From: Nemertoderma westbladi
Lineage: Eukaryota; Animalia; Xenacoelomorpha
Direction of reading: 5' to 3'
Assembly (NCBI GenBank): GCA_032718475.1
Contig: JAUCBJ010005499.1
Span: 1-42,639 of the forward strand
Length of the DNA stretch: 42,639 nt
A model generated the notes under the pieces. It was not told the origin of the DNA. It did not search any database and saw only the letters and a program-made list of their open reading frames with translations. The position numbers were made by a program, and so were the translations under genes. Positions 12,195 to 24,225 of the stretch are shown piece by piece. Each line of letters begins with the position of its first letter. The first letter of the stretch is position 1.

Positions 12195-15100
12195 GCCTAT
12201 TGGGAAGCTTAAAGGGAACTACACCTATTGGGAAGCTTAAAGGGAACTGCACCTATTAGGAAGCTTAAAAGGAACTGCACCTATTGGGAAGCTTAAAGGG
12301 AACTGCACCTATTGGGAAGCTTAAAGGGAACTGCACCTATTGGAAAGCTTAAAGGGAACTGCACTTATTAGGAAGCTTAAAGGGAACTGCACCTATTGGG
12401 AAGCTTAAAGGGAACTGCACCTATTGGGAAGCTTAAAGGGAACTGCACCTATTACGAAGCTTAAAGGGAACTGCACCTATTACGAAGCTTAAAGGGAACT
12501 GCACCTATTGGGAAGCTTAAAGGGAACTGCACCTATTGGGAAGCTTAAAGGTAACTGCACCTATTAGGAAGCTTAAAGGTAACTGCACTTATTAGGAAGC
12601 TTAAAGGGAACTGCACCTATTACGAAGCTTAAAGGGAACTGCACCTATTACGAAGCTTAAAGGGAACTGCACCTATTGGGAACCTTAAAGGGAACTGCAC
12701 CTATTGGGAAGCTTAAAGGTAACTGCACCTATTAGGAAGCTTAAAGGTAACTGCACTTATTAGGAAGCTTAAAGGGAACTGCACCTATTACGAAGCTTAA
12801 AGGGAACTGCACCTTTTGGGAAGCTTAAATGGAACGCACCTATTGGGAAGCTTAAAGGGAACTGCACCTATTGGGAAGCTTAAAGGGAACTGCACCTATT
12901 GGGAAGCTTAAAGGGAACTGCACCTATTGGAAAGCTTAAAGGGAACTGCACCTATTACGAAGCTTAAAGGGAACTGCACTTATTAGGAAGCTTAAAGGGA
13001 ACTGCACCTATTGGGAAGCTTAAAGGGAGCTGCACCTATTGGGAAGCTTAAAGGGAACTGCACCTATTGGGAAGCTTAAAGGGAACTGCACCTATTACGA
13101 AGCTTAAAGGGAACTGCACCTATTGGGAAGCTTAAAGGGAACTGCACCTATTACGAAGCTTAAAGGGAACTGCACTTATTAGGAAGCTTAAAGGGAACTG
13201 TACCTATTGGGAAGCTTAAAGGGAACTGCACCTATTACGAAGCTTAAAGGGAACTGCACCTTTTGGGAAGCTTAAAGGGAACTGCACCTATTGGGAAGCT
13301 TAAAGGGAACTGCACCTATTGGGAAGCTTAAAGGGAACTGCACCTATTACGAAGCTTAAAAAGGGAACTGCACCTATTGGGAAGCTTAAAGGGAACTGCA
13401 CCTATTACGAAGCTTAAAGGGAACTGCACTTATTAGGAAGCTTAAAGGGAACTGCACCTATTGGGAAGCTTAAAGGGAACTGCACCTATTACGAAGCTTA
13501 AAGGGAACTGCACCTTTTGGGAAGCTTAAAGGGAACTGCACCTATTGGGAAGCTTAAAGGGAACTGCACCTATTGGGAAGCTTAAAGGGAACTGCACCTA
13601 TTGGGAAGCTTAAAGGGAACTGCACCTATTGGGAAGCTTAAAGGGAACTGCACCTATTACGAAGCTTAAAGGGAACTGCACCTATTACGAAGCTTAAAGG
13701 GAACTGCACCTATTGGGAAGCTTAAAGGGAACTGCACCTATTGGGAAGCTTAAAGGTAACTGCACCTATTAGGAAGCTTAAAGGTAACTGCACTTATTAG
13801 GAAGCTTAAAGGGAACTGCACCTATTACGAAGCTTAAAGGGAACTGCACCTATTACGAAGCTTAAAGGGAACTGCACCTATTGGGAACCTTAAAGGGAAC
13901 TGCACCTATTGGGAAGCTTAAAGGTAACTGCACCTATTAGGAAGCTTAAAGGTAACTGCACTTATTAGGAAGCTTAAAGGGAACTGCACCTATTACGAAG
14001 CTTAAAGGGAACTGCACCTTTTGGGAAGCTTAAATGGAACGCACCTATTGGGAAGCTTAAAGGGAACTGCACCTATTGGGAAGCTTAAAGGGAACTGCAC
14101 CTATTGGGAAGCTTAAAGGGAACTGCACCTATTGGAAAGCTTAAAGGGAACTGCACCTATTACGAAGCTTAAAGGGAACTGCACTTATTAGGAAGCTTAA
14201 AGGGAACTGCACCTATTGGGAAGCTTAAAGGGAGCTGCACCTATTGGGAAGCTTAAAGGGAACTGCACCTATTGGGAAGCTTAAAGGGAACTGCACCTAT
14301 TACGAAGCTTAAAGGGAACTGCACCTATTGGGAAGCTTAAAGGGAACTGCACCTATTACGAAGCTTAAAGGGAACTGCACTTATTAGGAAGCTTAAAGGG
14401 AACTGCACCTATTGGGAAGCTTAAAGGGAACTGCACCTATTACGAAGCTTAAAGGGAACTGCACCTTTTGGGAAGCTTAAAGGGAACTGCACCTATTACG
14501 AAGCTTAAAAAGGGAACTGCACCTATTGGGAAGCTTAAAGGGAACTGCACCTATTACGAAGCTTAAAGGGAACTGCACTTATTAGGAAGCTTAAAGGGAA
14601 CTGCACCTATTGGGAAGCTTAAAGGGAACTGCACCTATTACGAAGCTTAAAGGGAACTGCACCTTTTGGGAAGCTTAAAGGGAACTGCACCTATTGGGAA
14701 GCTTAAAGGGAACTGCACCTATTGGGAAGCTTAAAGGGAACTGCACCTATTACGAAGCTTAAAGGGAACTGCACCTTTTGGGAAGCTTAAAGGGAACTGC
14801 ACCTATTGGGAAGCTTAAAGGGAACTGCACCTATTACGAAGCTTAAAGGGAACTGCACCTTTTGGGAAGCTTAAAGGGAACTGCACCTATGAGGAAGCTT
14901 AAAGGGAACTGCACTTATTGGGAAGCTTAAAGGGAACTGCACCTATTGGGAAGCTTAAAGGGAACTGCACCTATTGGGAAGCTTAAAGGGAACTGCACCT
15001 ATTGGGAAGCTTAAAGGGAACTGCACCTATTGGGAAGATTAATGGGAACTGCACTTATTAGGAAGCTTAAAGGGAACTGCACCTATTGGGAAGCTTAAAG

Positions 15101-15633
15101 GGAACTGCACCTATTATGAAGCTTAAAGGGAACTGCACCTATTGGGAAGCTTAAAGGGAACTGCACCTATTGGGAAGCTTAAAGGGAACTGCACCTATTG
15201 GGAAGCTTAAAGGGAACTGCACCTATTACGAAGCTTAAAGGGAACTGCACCTTTTGGGAAGCTTAAAGGGAACTGCACCTATGAGGAAGCTTAAAGGGAA
15301 CTGCACTTATTGGGAAGCTTAAAGGGAACTGCACCTATTGGGAAGCTTAAAGGGAACTGCACCTATTGGGAAGCTTAAAGGGAACTGCACCTATTGGGAA
15401 GCTTAAAGGGAACTGCACCTATTGGGAAGATTAAAGGGAACTGCACCTATTACGAAGCTTAAAGGGAACTGCACCTATTGGGAAGCTTAAAGGGAACTGC
15501 ACCTATTACGAAGCTTAAAGGGAACTGCACTTATTAGGAAGCTTAAAGGAAACTGCACTTATTAGAAAGCTTAAAGGGAAACTGCACCTATTGGGAAGCT
15601 TAAAGGGAACTGCACCTATTAGGAAGCTTAAAG
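12195..15633. repeat. Satellite array, 28-bp unit x~122 (HindIII site in most units)
   Basis: CTTAAAGGGAACTGCACCTATTGGGAAG with recurrent TTACG/TTAGG/TTTTGGG variants and internal block duplications. Confidence 0.98.
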
Positions 15634-15764
15634 CTACTTATTGCACAAAATTGTATGAAACTAAACTTTCGATTACTCCCCTTATGACCTACTCATTGTA
15701 GTAATATAATTTCTTTGATGTCATTTCGGCCCATTAAGGAAGGAATGTCAGAATTACTAATTAA

Positions 15765-17315
15765 CCCTTTCCGGCCTGAATTAATTTAATTTAGGAAAAA
15801 AAATTGGTTGGTCTTGTTAATGGGTTAATTATACACCAAATAATAATTTTCGATGAAAAAATTTTCAAAAAATTATTTCCAATGTTTTTTTTTATTGTAT
15901 ACAAAAGTATACGTTAGGTATATGAAACATGTTCCCAATGTATACTTTTGTATACGAACTCTTGTATACGTACTTACAAACATAAATCATATAGTAAGTA
16001 TATTCTCTCTCTATATATATATATAGAATAAACAAGCATGCTACGAGCAGGCAATTTTAATAAAAAAAATTTAAATTATTGTTTTTTGGTAATAAAAAGC
16101 TGTCAATACTGTGAAATTTGCCAAAATGCCAAAATTTTATAATTTTGTGTGTTTACACAACACACGTTGTTTAAAAGCAACACAGTGCGACAAAAAAAAC
16201 TTAAAATTAAGAATTATACAGTGAAGGTTTTTTCTGTCAGTTTTGTTCAAGTTTGATAAAAACAGTATCGACTGACTTTTTTCAATTGTTTGTATGTCTA
16301 TCTGCCCTGCCTGTATACTGTTGGTGTACAACATCTACTCCCCAACGGTGGCTGCACCACATCTACTCTCCAATGGTGGCTGAAACACATCTACTCCCAA
16401 GACCCAATGGTAAACATCTACTCCATATGGTGGCTACACCACATCTAGTCCCCAATGGTCAACATTTACTCCATTGATGGCTACATAACATCTACTCATC
16501 AATGGTCAGCATCTACTCCATATGGTGGCTACATAACATCTACTCATTAATGGTCAGCTTCTACTCCACTATGGTGGCTGCACCACATCTACTCATCAAT
16601 GGTCAGCATCTACTCCCCAATGGTAGGTGCATCACATCTACTCATCAATGGTCAGCATCTACTCCCCAATGGTAGGTGCACCACATCTACTCATCAATGG
16701 TGGATGCGCCAGATTTACTCCCCAATGGTGACTGCGCCACATCTACTCCCCATTAGTGGCTGCATCACATCTACTCCCAAGGCCCAATGGTGACTGCGCC
16801 ACATCTACTCTCAAATAGTGGCTGCATCACATCTAGTCCCTAATGGTGGGTGCGCCAGATTTACTCCCCAATGGTGACTGCGCCACATCTACTCCCCATT
16901 AGTGGCTGCATCACATACACTTTATAAACCTGACGTAGACAAATGTATACAGTGGTTTATCAATAACACTACCAGCCTACTTGTACTGTAAAGTTTATCC
17001 TGGAAATATTATTATCTCATTGGACAATCCATCTTCGGAATACCCAATCAAAATTCTCAATATCGCTTTGCCAAATCGTTTAAGTAACCATCTTTCCTAT
17101 ACCAGGTAGTCATCATGTCAATACCTGAAAACACGGCATCTAAAATCGTTCATTGAAGCCTTCTACTACAATTATCCAATCAGAATCGGTAATTTATAAG
17201 TAAAGGAAGTGTGATAGTGCCACATGGATGAAACCAACTATAATTAGTTGAAATTATGCAATCCGTAGTGAAATAAATTCAGTGTATACAAAAATATACA
17301 GTCGGCCGGAAAGGG
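15765..17315. mobile_element. Non-autonomous piggyBac-type element
   Basis: TTAA|CCCTTTCCGGCC ... GGCCGGAAAGGG|TTAA: 12-bp perfect TIR with TTAA at 15761-15764 and 17316-17319; related motif TGTATACAAAARTATAC at ~15896, inverted at ~15941, and at ~17283; no transposase ORF. Confidence 0.85.
16330..16915. repeat. Degenerate minisatellite (~20-29 bp units) inside the piggyBac element
   Basis: Recurrent CATCTACTCCCCAATGGTGGCTGCACCA with long and short variants. Confidence 0.85.
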
Positions 17316-17909
17316 TTAAAGAGAAAGCAATATGTCCTAGGTTACAGTGATTGTTTACTAAAGAAAACAATAAACAAAACTCAAAAGCAGAAGAAAAATT
17401 TACCAAATTCAAAAATTTACAAAAAGGATAAAAGTGGTAGCTTTGTTATGATAGATTAGATTTTAGTTTAGTAAGTGAGAACATAAATTAGATTAGATAG
17501 GGTATGGGCGGACACATGACCTACTACATACAAGTCAACTAATACAGTAGGCCTATAGAAATATTAATTGGTAATGAATGATGGATCAAGGATAAGTAGT
17601 TAGGCCTACTAATGTAGTAGAAATGTAGAAATCTTAATAAAAAAAAAACTAACGATGCATAATGGCCTCGCCAAAGTGGTTGAATCTCTCGGGTCGTTCA
17701 TGCGTGGTATATTACTGAAAACTTCAATAAATTCAGTTCTCTCCTGCCTGATCTTCATCACAGATTAAATTAATATAGGATCTGTTGCCAGTGAATCGCA
17801 TATAAAAAAATATATAATACGTACAAATTCAGTAATAATACAAGAATATATATTGTGTAATATTCCATTTTAGTTTAAGGAGGTATACAAATATTTTATT
17901 TAATTGTTA

Positions 17910-18150
17910 TCGTGTGATGTAGGGGTCCGGGGGCGTGCAACCCGCAGACTCAGGAGCGAGGCGTTGCTGGATAATAAGGTTGTAAACCTTGACGCACGCG
18001 GGGCGCCATCCTACTGTATGAGTGTCCTAGAAACAGCAGATGATACAAAGAAACAGAAGCAGCACGCATTGCATCCGTGGGTCAAGGGTAAAGTGGCGCT
18101 GCGGACTGGTAGTGGTAGTCGAAGATGGGGCGGGCCTGCCATCAATTCCT
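17910..18150 (+). mobile_element. Decayed fragment of a CRE-like retrotransposon restriction-like endonuclease domain
   Basis: CDVGVRG...EALLDNKVVNLDA..APSY...SVLETADDTKKQK...WVKGKV aligns by eye with RTDLVVRG...EASFDICVVNADAPSY...NILRAKESSKKHH...WVRARL at 35489-35938; GC-rich island in AT-rich DNA. Confidence 0.65.
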
Positions 18151-18791
18151 GCTGTTTGAGAGATTTGTTCAAAAATATACATCTTACATAACAATTCTAA
18201 ATTTTCAAATAATTTAACTTTTAAAAATATATAATAAATACCGTCGATTCAGGGCTTTTAATACTTAGTCGATTTTATTTCATTTCCTTTTCTAATCTGC
18301 CAATTAAAAAAAAATTTAAATAAAGTGAAGTAGAAATTTTGGTTGGGTGTTTTTTATTAAATGCCTAATTAAATTTAGTGTTATATGATTTTGTCATCAA
18401 TATTTGTGTGAATTTAATTTTATGTGAAAATTAAATTAAGAGAATAGGTATGCCTATGCTATTAATTGCAATTAATTGATTGATGGCATGCATTTTGATT
18501 AATAAACTCTTCTGTGATATTATTTCTTTAAGTTCGTGAAAAATAGGCCTACTTTATTTAGATTTGAATAAGTCATTAATTATATTTATATGATTATAAA
18601 TATTATATTTAATTGTTATCAAAGCTACTGTATCATGAATTATTTGTACATATATTAATCGTGGTACATTTCATATTACAGTTAGAACATCAATTTTGAT
18701 CAGGTATTCTTAATTATAGAGACAAGTGAGACCTTAAAAAAACAGTCAGTTTTTATTACAAGGGCAATATTAAGATTAAAAGTACACCATC

Positions 18792-20888
18792 ATGGCTACT
18801 AAAACTACTTCCATAAAATTGAAAAAATCTGGTCCTGATATGTCAAAGTATATGGCCAATATATTGAAGACAAAAAGTATTCATGGTTTGGACAATATTG
18901 CTGATACAAAAGTTGCAACAAAAAAACTTTTCTGGGTACTCATTGTAATAACTATGATCTTCCTATACTTCATACAGTCGGGTTATCTACTTAATGATTA
19001 CTTTCAATATCCTACCATTGTATCTTCAACAAGGGTTCATGAAACACAAGTGACATTCCCTGCAGTAACTATTTGCTCAACACGGAAAGTTAAAAGAGAT
19101 TATTTCAAAGAAGAATATCCAAAGGAACACTCTACCGGTAGCATCCCTTCCATGTACACAGACAAAAGGGAACTCGCGTTATGGTACCATATGTTAGAAG
19201 ATGTCTGGGCTAAAATGAGGGGAGGAAACTGCGACTTCCCCTTGCAGACCTGTGCTGTTGGCAATGCTACAGAGAATACTTTGTGTTACTTAAAAGGATG
19301 CAAAAGGTGTTCATATGCGGGATATGATGAGGACAATATTGTACACTGTAATGAATCCATGGTTGATACTAATATGACACGAAATAACGAAGTACATAAC
19401 TTTCAATGTAAACAAGGAGGAAAAAATAAGCCATTTGTCTGCCACGAATGCCACGCCGATATCGGGTCTGATTTTTCGTGTGAGAAAATTTTGGTAAACG
19501 TTGAGAATGACGAACACATTAATCAATTACCAATTCCGTGCAACCCTAACATTGAGGCTGATTGTTACAAAGAAATTGAGTATTTCTTAGATAGTCGACA
19601 TGGGTTTGCTAAGCAAATGACCATTAACTCAATACATAACGATGAAAATATCAACACACATTATGTTTATCAATTTTCAAAGGAAATTATCAAAAAGTAT
19701 GGATACAGGTACAATGATCTAGTTGCAAAGTGCTCATTCAATGGGCAACATTGTGGAGAAACAGACTTTCATAGTTTTATGGATGTGGATTATGGTAACT
19801 GTTTTACATATAATTCTGGAGTTAAAGATTTCATTTTGAGGAATAATTCATTCTCTGGGAAAACATACGGCCTTCATTTGCTTTTTAAGTTTGTTGATCA
19901 TGTAAACAACGATGATGATAGCGATGGAAAGCTGAAAAATGAAATATTTAACTCTGGAAGTTCGGCCTTTTGGGGTGTCGGACAACATCAGCATGATGGA
20001 ATAGTTGTTGCAATACATGAAGCAGGTACGCAGCCAGATTTAAATGACAAGATGACAATTATTGGAAGAGGAGAAAGTGTTTCAATGGGACTGCAAGTGT
20101 CTCATAATCAACGATTAGTTAGTAAAGGAGAATGCATTAATACATGGGATGCTCTAGATGGTATAAATATTAGTCCAGAAGAGGGTTATAAATACACGCA
20201 AGCGAAATGCCTGCAATACTGCCTTTTACATGAAATCAGTCGGGTATGTGGATGTATTGACGTTTATCACTCCAATCTATCCTTGTGCAGTGGAAAGGAT
20301 TTTGAATATCCATCAGTACATTGCATTGAAGATGTTAAAATGAATTATAGCCAAGGTGGATTAGATCACTGTCTTGCCTGTTTGCCAGAATGCAAACAAC
20401 ACAGTTTCTACAGCAACATACAGAAGTCTAAATGGATAGCTAATCCTGCTCATGCTGTATTTAGTCTAATTGAACTGAAAGATGAATTAACCCAACACGA
20501 GCTTTATGACACTTTGCTAAAGGCACTCCACATCGAAGATATATTTAATGCAGACGAGGTAGGCAAATCTTACTTTAACAAATGTTACATGGAAGGAATC
20601 TGCTTCCATCAAAGTGAGCCATTTGCTGAAGCTGTTGGAAATCTTTTAAGGATGACGTTTGCAGAAACTGATATATTTCTCGAATCAATGGATGTCACTG
20701 AAGTTGAGGAAAAGTATCGATATAGTTTACAGGATATAGTGAGTCAGATTGGAGGCAGTCTTGGATTATTTCTTGGCATGTCATTGGTTGGGATTGTTGA
20801 AATTTTTGATCAAATTGTATCACTAATTATTTATGGAATATCTTGGCTACATCATAGAAAAACTGTCATACCAATTAACAATAATTAA
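18792..20888 (+). CDS. DEG/ENaC (degenerin / ASIC / amiloride-sensitive sodium channel family) subunit, 698 aa, intronless CDS
   Basis: N-terminal SIHG gating motif, TM1 (LFWVLIVITMIFLYF), FPAVTIC, CSFNG, YGNCFTYN, Cys-rich thumb, TM2 SQIGGSLGLFLGMSLVGIVEI with GxS filter; ATG in CATCATGG context; AATAAA at ~20895 and ~20953. Confidence 0.95.
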   Translation: MATKTTSIKLKKSGPDMSKYMANILKTKSIHGLDNIADTKVATKKLFWVLIVITMIFLYFIQSGYLLNDYFQYPTIVSSTRVHETQVTFPAVTICSTRKVKRDYFKEEYPKEHSTGSIPSMYTDKRELALWYHMLEDVWAKMRGGNCDFPLQTCAVGNATENTLCYLKGCKRCSYAGYDEDNIVHCNESMVDTNMTRNNEVHNFQCKQGGKNKPFVCHECHADIGSDFSCEKILVNVENDEHINQLPIPCNPNIEADCYKEIEYFLDSRHGFAKQMTINSIHNDENINTHYVYQFSKEIIKKYGYRYNDLVAKCSFNGQHCGETDFHSFMDVDYGNCFTYNSGVKDFILRNNSFSGKTYGLHLLFKFVDHVNNDDDSDGKLKNEIFNSGSSAFWGVGQHQHDGIVVAIHEAGTQPDLNDKMTIIGRGESVSMGLQVSHNQRLVSKGECINTWDALDGINISPEEGYKYTQAKCLQYCLLHEISRVCGCIDVYHSNLSLCSGKDFEYPSVHCIEDVKMNYSQGGLDHCLACLPECKQHSFYSNIQKSKWIANPAHAVFSLIELKDELTQHELYDTLLKALHIEDIFNADEVGKSYFNKCYMEGICFHQSEPFAEAVGNLLRMTFAETDIFLESMDVTEVEEKYRYSLQDIVSQIGGSLGLFLGMSLVGIVEIFDQIVSLIIYGISWLHHRKTVIPINNN

Positions 20889-21136
20889 AAATACAATAAA
20901 TGTTACCGATTATAACATCGAGATTCATACTACATACTTTTTATCTATAATCAATAAACTATTTTAGATTATTATTAATAATCAACTACAATTTTAAAGC
21001 AATCTCAAAATCTCTATTTGAATTGTGTCTGTTCAACATCACCCTATCACTAATTTTTTTACAAAAATGACAACCTCAGTCACAGCATTCATTAGGGGTA
21101 TCCCATATTAACTAATTATCTTAGAGGCAGCTTCAG

Positions 21137-21202
21137 CTTCCACGTCACTGTTGGCTAGTCGATAATTGCAGCTTCCACGTCACTGTTGGCTAGTCGATAA
21201 TT
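21137..21202. repeat. Short tandem duplication (2 copies)
   Basis: GCTTCCACGTCACTGTTGGCTAGTCGATAATT occurs twice in tandem. Confidence 0.85.
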
Positions 21203-22287
21203 CAATTTCTTAACATCGTGATGATTGTGTTTATTATCACCATTATCTTGTTTGCTATTCCTTGTAAATATAAACAACTCACAATTGCCTCAACTCTCTT
21301 TAACACTCTGTTTGCCGACAAAACTGCTCCTTTTACCCAATATAAGTCTACAAGAACTCAGGTTCACGAAAAAATTTTAAAATTAAAATTTATCAAAAAA
21401 TTTGAATATTTATCTATAAATATTCCTAATATTTATTACAATATTAATTGTTTTTAGTTTTTTATAAAAATAATAATTACAACCTCTCCGACACACAAGT
21501 AATTTTAATTAAGACACACTAAAATCCAAAAGCCAAACACAGTTTTTAACACTTCCATCCTAATTGGTCCAATACTTTGGGTATCTGTCGAAATATACAA
21601 TAATGAAAACTTTTAGAATATCGGAATATATGATGGAGTCATAGTTTGTTTTGAATATTTACATATTTCCAACGCTTTTTGCAACAATGTATTAATTAAT
21701 AATAGGCCTATTTAAATCGCGCCTTAATCATTAATAAAATATTGTAAAATAATTAAATTTTTTTTGCGAAATAATTTTATCACAATGGAGTGGCGAAAAA
21801 ATTTACAAGTTTTTGTGAGTAACCATAGGCAACCATCTAAAAGAAAAGTCTAAAAGGGTTAACGGTCTAATCTTAGAATCTTATAAGCCTTTTTTACATC
21901 ATTACAGCACAAGTATCTTAAACAATAATTTCGTGAGCATGAATAATGACTAATGAGTGGGCGGATGTAGTAATGAGTGGGAATCTTGTTGGAGTTGGAG
22001 TCTAATATATTTTTTACGTCTGAGTCCTCAGATTTTGTCAGGACTCCGGAATCCTGATTGAATAATTGCCTAACGTATTCCTATCGCTTCTTGGATTTTT
22101 CGGGATAATGACTTGGACAATTCGATTCGAAATAGAAAAATCTTGAAAAAGGAATGCAAATCGCCTTCTCAGCAAAGTAAACAATAATAAATTAATTTTG
22201 CATACAATAATAAATATTTTGTAATTTAATAATCTTTATAATATAATTTATAGAAAATAAATATTAATATAAATGTAGCCCAAAGGA

Positions 22288-24225
22288 TTATATTAGTTTA
22301 GGAATTTCATCACCGAGGGCAGAACTGCCATAAATCGAAACAAAATATTCCACGTACTTCTCGCAATGTTCCCCGGCAATAAACCTAGGGCTGCCGCGCA
22401 ACCGGACATTCCGTTGCTCGAAGAACTTAAACACCGTGTAGAACAGAGTCTTATCCTCGGTGATGTAAGCAGCTTCTAAGAACTTCCGAGAGGATAGCGG
22501 TTCGACCCCTGCTAGAGAACGGAGAAACTTTATGGCCGTTAAAATCTGCCGCTTCGAAAGCAAAACTTCAACAATTTCATCATTAGCTGTGGTCAATCGC
22601 TTGAGCATATCGAGAGCAAGTTGATAAGCTGGGGGGTAGACGCCTTCTAGACTGAGCAGCAAACATGCCAGCTGTTTGGAATCTGTGACCACGTGGTATT
22701 GTAAGAACTGGTGCAACTGGTAGAAACAGTTGTTGTGAACCAAAGTGTTTATGGTTAGTTCGTAGATGAAGTGTTGCACGGGTATGTGGTACTCGTTTAG
22801 GGATCGAATGTACTCAGTGAGCACAGCTATCGTGTGTTTGGCGCAGGCCGTTTCGCATTCTAACAAAGGGCTGAGCACCTGAGAGTACACATCCGCCTGC
22901 CCAACTGTATTTCTAAATTTAACATGAATAGCTTCTGATGTTTTACCGACTTCGGCAGGGGAAATTCCCTCCTGGTAATGCGAGTTTATTTTATCGAATA
23001 TTCCGCCGACTACGTCTAGAGATACTGCGGTTGCCGGCATCACAGAAGACTGACAGACCGAAAGAACCGCCGGTTTGGCGTCGCTTCGCAGCAGAAGGAA
23101 GTCTATGAGGTTTGATTTAACGGGAATTAGAGTGGCTAGGGGTTCGAGTAGCAAGATTAGTCGCCACATACAACCGATTCGAGCGTCTATAACCACATCC
23201 GGTTGGAAGATGAGCCAGGTTGCCGCGTAATTCTCCGATTCGGGGGTAGCGTAGGGTCGGATTGGTAAGGGGGTCAACGCAGGGGTGTGGGTGGTAACGT
23301 AGCCGTCACTGGAGCCTCCGCTACCGACGTCAAAGAGAGCGGATACCCGGGAACCTTGGTGGTGAACTACAACGAGATTGTCGATGATGTTGATGCTGAA
23401 CTTACCGACGCTGTTCAGTTTGAGGATGTGGGTTTTACGGGCTGGACTTTCTTTTTCTACGCGGTACAAATGGATTTCGGTAGGTATTTGATTTCCAGCT
23501 ATCTTAGCCTGATGTTTCACAACCAAAATATACGCTTTGCTATAAATCTCACCAATAACACAATCCCGTTCCTGTAAACCTTGTTTCTGTGATTTGGAGG
23601 TTAACGGAAGATCTACTTCGAATTTAGGAAGTTTCACGGCGTTTTGTCCTTTAAACTGGAAAGTATGTAAGATATTGCCCTGCGGAGAAGAACTTATGAC
23701 TAACATAGAAAGGGGTTTAGAGAACAAATACCAGAGGACGTTTACATTGAATGTTTTAATGAGTTTTAGTTGCCGGCGCTCGGGTAGAACAGTGTAAAAC
23801 TCCATACCTGTATCGGTTACAAAGATTATCTCTGTGTTTGAAATCCAATTAAAACAATCGATTTTGCTGGTTTTCGATTTGCAGCACTGCGTGTACTCCT
23901 GGCCCTGCGGCACTCCGCCAGAAAAGTTAACCAGTTCCACGCTGTTTGGCGACCGCTGGAGGGCCAATACTTTTAAATCCGGAGATAATTTTATGGCGCC
24001 TAGGGAGCCTTTATCTTCCATGCGGAAGTTTATCTGATGGAAGTCTGTGGGGCCTTTCACGGTGACGCCGGTGGCCCCACCAGAGCGGACAGTAAATACG
24101 TGTTTGTTGGACTCGTCGAAGAATACTGAGTTCACCTGACTGACGGGTTGGAAACGGATGGGAGTTGGAGAAAGTTCTAAGTAATGAAGAGACAGTTTAT
24201 CTGTAGTAGAGGACATTTTGGACAT
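22288..24225 (-). CDS. RMC1: Regulator of MON1-CCZ1 complex (C18orf8/Mic1/Bulli), ~645 aa, intronless CDS
   Basis: YLELS..PIRF..VS..NSVFFDESNKHVFTVRSGGATGVTVKGP at the N-terminus and the Mic1 domain FYQLHQFLQYHVVTDSKQLACLLLSLE..YPPAYQLALDMLKRL ... FF..RN.RLRGSP.F..GEHC at the C-terminus. First in-frame ATG is 24225 (alternative 24216); the ORF-track start at 24345 is a TTG. Confidence 0.95.
   Translation of the reverse strand: MSKMSSTTDKLSLHYLELSPTPIRFQPVSQVNSVFFDESNKHVFTVRSGGATGVTVKGPTDFHQINFRMEDKGSLGAIKLSPDLKVLALQRSPNSVELVNFSGGVPQGQEYTQCCKSKTSKIDCFNWISNTEIIFVTDTGMEFYTVLPERRQLKLIKTFNVNVLWYLFSKPLSMLVISSSPQGNILHTFQFKGQNAVKLPKFEVDLPLTSKSQKQGLQERDCVIGEIYSKAYILVVKHQAKIAGNQIPTEIHLYRVEKESPARKTHILKLNSVGKFSINIIDNLVVVHHQGSRVSALFDVGSGGSSDGYVTTHTPALTPLPIRPYATPESENYAATWLIFQPDVVIDARIGCMWRLILLLEPLATLIPVKSNLIDFLLLRSDAKPAVLSVCQSSVMPATAVSLDVVGGIFDKINSHYQEGISPAEVGKTSEAIHVKFRNTVGQADVYSQVLSPLLECETACAKHTIAVLTEYIRSLNEYHIPVQHFIYELTINTLVHNNCFYQLHQFLQYHVVTDSKQLACLLLSLEGVYPPAYQLALDMLKRLTTANDEIVEVLLSKRQILTAIKFLRSLAGVEPLSSRKFLEAAYITEDKTLFYTVFKFFEQRNVRLRGSPRFIAGEHCEKYVEYFVSIYGSSALGDEIPKLI

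Noticed and set aside
2281-15633. Regular short repeats as CRISPR arrays
   Set aside because: Units are head to tail with no unique spacers, there are no cas genes, and the context is eukaryotic.
23287-24037. Plus-strand ORFs overlapping RMC1
   Set aside because: Antisense shadows of a real CDS with no recognisable motifs.
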